Source: Fimicolochytrium jonesii (Eukaryota). Taken from it: a DNA stretch of 64,000 nucleotides. Position numbers and translations under genes: made by a program. This document shows, one piece after another, positions 59,449 to 64,000 of the stretch (its first letter is position 1; each line of letters begins with the position of its first letter). The notes under the pieces were generated by a model. The model searched no databases. It saw only the letters and a program-made list of their open reading frames with translations, and was not told the origin of the DNA. Where the stretch lies: positions 1-64,000 of the forward strand of contig NW_026515671.1 in NCBI RefSeq assembly GCF_025526975.1. The letters are read 5' to 3'.

Positions 59449-61191
59449 ATGACCGTCGCAGCACCCCCTACGCCCGCAAATAAACCACTGACCGCCGCCG
59501 TGGCGGCTTCTGTCGACCGGCTACGCAAGATGCAAGCTGCGGTATGTACATGTCCAACCCGCGACCTGTGTCCTTGCCGTTCCATGTCTCCCAGCTTACA
59601 CTCCATATTTTTACTTCCTTGATGCTTTTACAGGAACCAGAGGAGGCAATGACGTACGTATATTCTTTCACCATAGTCACCGTCGGGAGGGTATAGTGCT
59701 CATGTCCTATGTTTTTCCTACACAGCATTATAGTGATACAGGTGCGAACGACGATGGGACTTGGACGAAGGGTTCCGCGTGGGAGACTGCTGACTGCAAC
59801 CGCTCGATTGGGCTACGGGAATAGGCATTATTGGAGGATATGAAGCAGAGCAGTGGTGCGTGAGGAAGTGGGGAGGAGGGTGGCAAGTTGTCGAGGAATG
59901 CGGAATGCGTGAGACACACGGTTTGACCACCTGATCGAATCGAAATCCAGCGTCCTCCACGTCGGAATTCATACAGCAAGCGCAAAAGGCCAGTAAAGCG
60001 CTTGAGAAGCTCCCTTACAACCAGCCATCCATGATCGCCGGTACGGCCATCTTCAAACACATATTAGAAGCACAACGGCAGGATGACAAGGTAGAGCGAA
60101 GGAACTGCCTTTGGTAAACCATAATCCGTCCCGGGCTGACCCATGATCCCCCAAAGGGCTTCGACGACTGGAAACGCTCCATCTTTAGAGTCTACGACCA
60201 ACAAATCGCCCGTTACAAAACGTTTCGCGAACGGGCTGCATGCTACGGCTTGCCCTTTGTGAAAGACGACGCGGTCATCCTGCTGCATTCGTTCTCCAGG
60301 ACTGTTATGGTCCTGCTGCAAAAGGCGAAACTGGCGAATAGGAGGTTCAAGGTGTTTGTGACGGAGACTAGGGGGACAACTAATGGGTATGGTTAACTGA
60401 TCTGAGGGAATTCGCTCTTTGCGAAACAAAGCGGGGCTGCGTTTTGCATATTTTGGGACACAGTGGTCTGACGGCAATATCCCTCGCCCGCAGGTCCTCG
60501 GTTGTGGAAGAGCTAAGCAAACACAACATTCCCGTGGAACTGATCTTGGACGCCGCCGTCGGCTCCATCATCAACCGCGTCGACATGGTTATCGTTGGCG
60601 CTGAAGGGGTAACGCAAACCGGTGGGCTCATCAACAGGGTAAGTTTTGTTTCGTGCAGCGGCCTTTGGGGCGTCCCTCAGTCTTTTTGCGGATTTGGAAG
60701 TAACAATATCATACCCAATAACACTTCCGCCTTTTTCCACGCGTAGATCGGAACATACCAAATCGCGATAGTCGCACAGGCAGCCAACAAGCCCTTCTAT
60801 GTCGTAGCAGAACAGTACGCCACGCACATCATTTTTGCTCTTCCCCTCCAATGCTCTCATCCCATTCATTTTGCCCTTCTCTCCAATTCAGATACAAATT
60901 CGTCAAACTCTGCCCACTATCCCAAACAGACCTTCCCATCCCTTCCTCCGAATTTTACAAGTTGACGTCAAAAGATTCCTTCGTAAGTTCCTCCCTTCCT
61001 TTCCAATCCTCTCCCCCAAACCCACCCTAACCCCCACCTCGACCCATTTCTAGACGGACCGCACACCGCACACCGGCCACCCCGCAATCGACTACACGCC
61101 CCCGCAGTACATCCACCTGTTCTTTACAAATGTTGGTGTGCTTACGCCTGCTGGCGCTAGTGAGGAGCTAATGAAGTTTTATATGCCGTAG
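59449..61191 (+). CDS. GCN3: Translation initiation factor eIF2B alpha subunit (divergent), many short exons
   Basis: ILLHSFSR, RFKVFVTETR, LILDAAVG, VDMVIVGAEGV..GGLINR/IGTYQIA, KPFYVVAE, DYTPPQYIHLFFTNVGVLTP. Confidence 0.85.
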
Positions 61192-61673
61192 TAACCCCAT
61201 GTGTTGGCAGAGTAGATGTAGCGCAGTCGGCAGACGTGTGGATAGTGTAGAGGCGGGTTGAGCTCAGCCTCCCAGGCATCCGATGTGTCGCTCAACCTCC
61301 GTCCATCCCGGAATACGATATCTATCGGATCTATCGTGGTTTCCCGTTTACGTGCCGACTCGCTAACACGCGGAAATGCTTGTCGCGTGACTTTTCCGCG
61401 TTGTGATGCCGCACTTCAGAAAGCTCCCCTCGGCCAAGTCGTCGTTCGCCTTCCTTTCCTGCGAAACATAACCCCATTGCTCACATACTTCTCATACTAG
61501 CCCCTCTCGACGGGAGAACAGGCGGTCGCTCTCCAGCTTCAGCAGCAGCATAGGTTGGTACCAACGCTCAGATCTTGTCTTATCGCTCCCCCACCCTCGT
61601 TCTATTTTTCTCAGACGATCTCCGGCTTTTCTCCCACCCAAATGCACAGACATAGTCTCAGCCTCCCAGCATA

Positions 61674-63019
61674 ATGACCACAAAGCAACCGGAAGTCGCC
61701 GACGATGACCTCGACTCGTATCTCGATGGTTAGTTGGGAGGAAGAGGATATACTCCACAACTGGGGGATGGGTGCCGATGGATGTTGAAGACTTCCATTT
61801 TCCCACACCCATCTCACGCTGTCCCTTCCGCCGTATAGATGTCCTCGACGACTTCTCAGCCCCCGTCGCACCACCATCCAGCACTCAGACGACAGGCACC
61901 GGATCCATCCCAGCAGCAGACCCAACACTCGACAGCGACTTCACCCGCCAACTAGCGCTGAACATGGAAGAGCTCTTCAAAGAGAGTCTAGCTGGAGACG
62001 ACACCGGTGCAGATACTGAGGGGATCAATGCGGCCATGACGCAGCTTTTGGATACGTTTAAGGAATTGCAGGCGCCGGGTGGTGGGCCGTCGCCTTTGGA
62101 TGCGTTGTTGGCTTCGGCGGCGGCGGCGGGGTCGGAACCGCCAACTGCGGCGTCAGCGAGACAGGCACCTGCGAAAGCATCGTCGCAAGCACCAGCAGCA
62201 GCAGCAGCAGCAGCATCACAAACAAAAACCATCATCCCACCGTCAGCGTCATCGACAACAACAACAACAACAACAACAACATCCAACCCCAACCCCAAAT
62301 CATTCCACGATGCCGTATCCCAAACCATGAACAAACTACGTACGAGTTCCGACAAGGTAGAGGCAGAGGTTGCCGAAAGCGCCAAGCTAGCGGCTCTGAC
62401 AGGCGGCCTCGTCGGTGACGACGCGGCAATGGAGCAGATGATGAAGGAGCTTGAAGGCCTCATGAGCTCCGGGGATTTCGATAACGTGTTTGGCGGGTTG
62501 ATGGATCAGTTAATGTCGAAGGAGTTGTTGCATGAGCCGATGAGGGATTTGGCTGCGAGAGTAAGTATTCTCGGGAATCTTGGTGTTTTGGGTAGGAGAC
62601 TCATCATTCTTTTACGTTGCTTGCAATGTAGTACCCGCCATGGCTATCAGCCAACGAAAGCACGCTCTCCACCGCCGAGATCGAAAAGTACAAACAGCAA
62701 CACGCCTACGTCCTCGAGATTGTAAAGATATACGACGCATCGACGTCCACGGAGGGAACGCCGGATGAACAGAAACGCGTTGCTGAGCTTATGCAGAAGG
62801 TTCGCGCCCCCAACCCCACCTATCGACATGCGCCATAGTCACCGCTCACGTCTAATCCGCTTCTCTATCCTCAACCAGATGCAAGAATCAGGCAGCCCCC
62901 CCAACGAGATCCTCCAAGAACTCGCTCCAGGTCTCGAGCTCGGGCCAGACGGGACCCCCAAATTGGGCGGGCTCGGGGGGTTAGGCGGTGTGCCTGGCCA
63001 GGAATGTAGTATCATGTAG
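61674..63019 (+). CDS. PEX19: Peroxin 19 (farnesylated PMP chaperone), 4 exons
   Basis: DDDLDSYLD/DVLDDF, MDQLMSKELLHEPM, YPPWL, MQESGSPPNEI, C-terminal CaaX CSIM. Confidence 0.93.
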
Positions 63020-63598
63020 CGGTGTGGGGGTAACTAGTGTGGTGATTATGTAGGCGATGCAGATTCTCAGCTTTTATGGTAGCCTGCACCGGTTGTCTTG
63101 ATGCCCTCACGTTGCTGCTACGGTGTTGTTTTTTGTTCTGTATACCAAAATTTTAGATAGACTGATTTTAGTCGGAAATAGCATCGCAACGTAAGTGTTG
63201 CCTCCAATCGATTCTATATGGTAACTTCACAAAGCCCATTCGTTCTTCAGTACATAGAAAAAAGACTCAGGAAACCAAACCAACAAAGAATGAACCAACG
63301 TTGCGAAATCAATAAATAGAAAAACATAATATAGTCTAACGTAAGGTGAGCCCCCCCGTAGAGAGAGAGGCGAGAGTCAGATGGGGAAGCGGGTCCATAT
63401 TTGTTTCTGTGACAGAAACCCGGCCTATGCTACGGGAAGACCGACCCTAGCCTGGCGCTATGAGGTTGTGGGCCGAATCGGGGTATCCAAATGTCATGGA
63501 GATGCCGGTTTATGCAGCATTGGATGATTTGCATTGATGATGCTATGTGTGTGGATGGGTGGGTTGGGTGAAGGGGGAACGTGAGCTGGGATGGCGCT

Positions 63599-64000
63599 TC
63601 AAATGTCGTCAACGATGGCGCGTGCGGGACGGCCCTCATAGCAGATACGGTAGACGGTTGTGAAGAACGGGAAGCTGAACACAAAAGAAAACACATTTAG
63701 CCATCAGAATTCTCCAAACGCATTTGGCGGAGGAAAGAAGACGGTTACGTACTCAACGACCATATGCTTGGCCTTAAGGATATGGTGCACTTCGAGGGCG
63801 GTGAGGGTTCCTTGGAGTTTTTGTCCGTTGAGCATCTCTTGTTCGAGGACTTCGAAGGATTTGCCGGTTGTTACGTGGGCTTCTGCTACGCGGCGCTGTG
63901 AGGAGGGGACGATAAATGTCAGTTTGCTTTGCAAAGGGCCTAGCAAAGAGGAAGCCATCCCACGACCACTCACATTCCTCCCACCGAAACAAGTAGTAAT
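63599..64000 (-). CDS. GPD1: NAD-dependent glycerol-3-phosphate dehydrogenase, 3' end (gene continues beyond the window)
   Basis: [33 protein letters not shown]../FPLFTAVYRIC. Confidence 0.92.

Noticed and set aside
59920..59950. Apparent frameshift or stop in eIF2B-alpha
   Set aside because: Resolved by a micro-exon (ALLEDMKQSS) and an intron ending at ..ATCCAG; the frame is intact.
23118..63019. Apparent cluster of trafficking genes (SEC9, GYP1, GET4, TLG2, PEX19)
   Set aside because: They are interspersed with unrelated genes over 40 kb, as expected by chance in a gene-dense arm.
934..63992. Hundreds of overlapping Pro/Gly/Arg-rich ORFs in the six-frame track
   Set aside because: They are shadow frames of real genes, produced by high GC and the C-rich/G-rich blocks; the track also ignores introns.

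Overview
Left end of a fungal chromosome: a (CCCTAA)n telomere at 1-37, then a gene-dense, intron-rich arm with GT-AG introns and CTRAC branch points. Gene content (DHCR7, JMJD5, DTWD1, TMEM242-like, prominin-like) points to an early-diverging, probably chytrid, fungus (inference). Recognisable genes: HEM4/UROS fused to a Crypton/DUF3504-associated domain, CGR1, CWC27, JMJD5, ATRIP/Rad26-like, Zn-ADH, AIP1, SEC9, GYP1, DTWD1, GET4, RPF2, DHCR7, mpaB-like, PHO8, a catalytically dead GH18, an N-terminal uS3m/rps3, TLG2, prominin-like, eIF2B-alpha, PEX19 and the 3' end of GPD. Best leads: (1) a ~270-nt structured element at 43.87-44.14 kb with a telomere-matching template, core helix, pseudoknot and T4 end (candidate telomerase RNA); (2) the DNA-binding-domain/UROS fusion; (3) a thymidylate synthase with almost all of its body deleted; (4) a nuclear, apparently split mitochondrial rps3; (5) alternating C-rich/G-rich blocks running through coding sequence; (6) an identical 39-bp element upstream of two unrelated genes. 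All family calls are from motif recognition by eye, and exon boundaries are hand-read.
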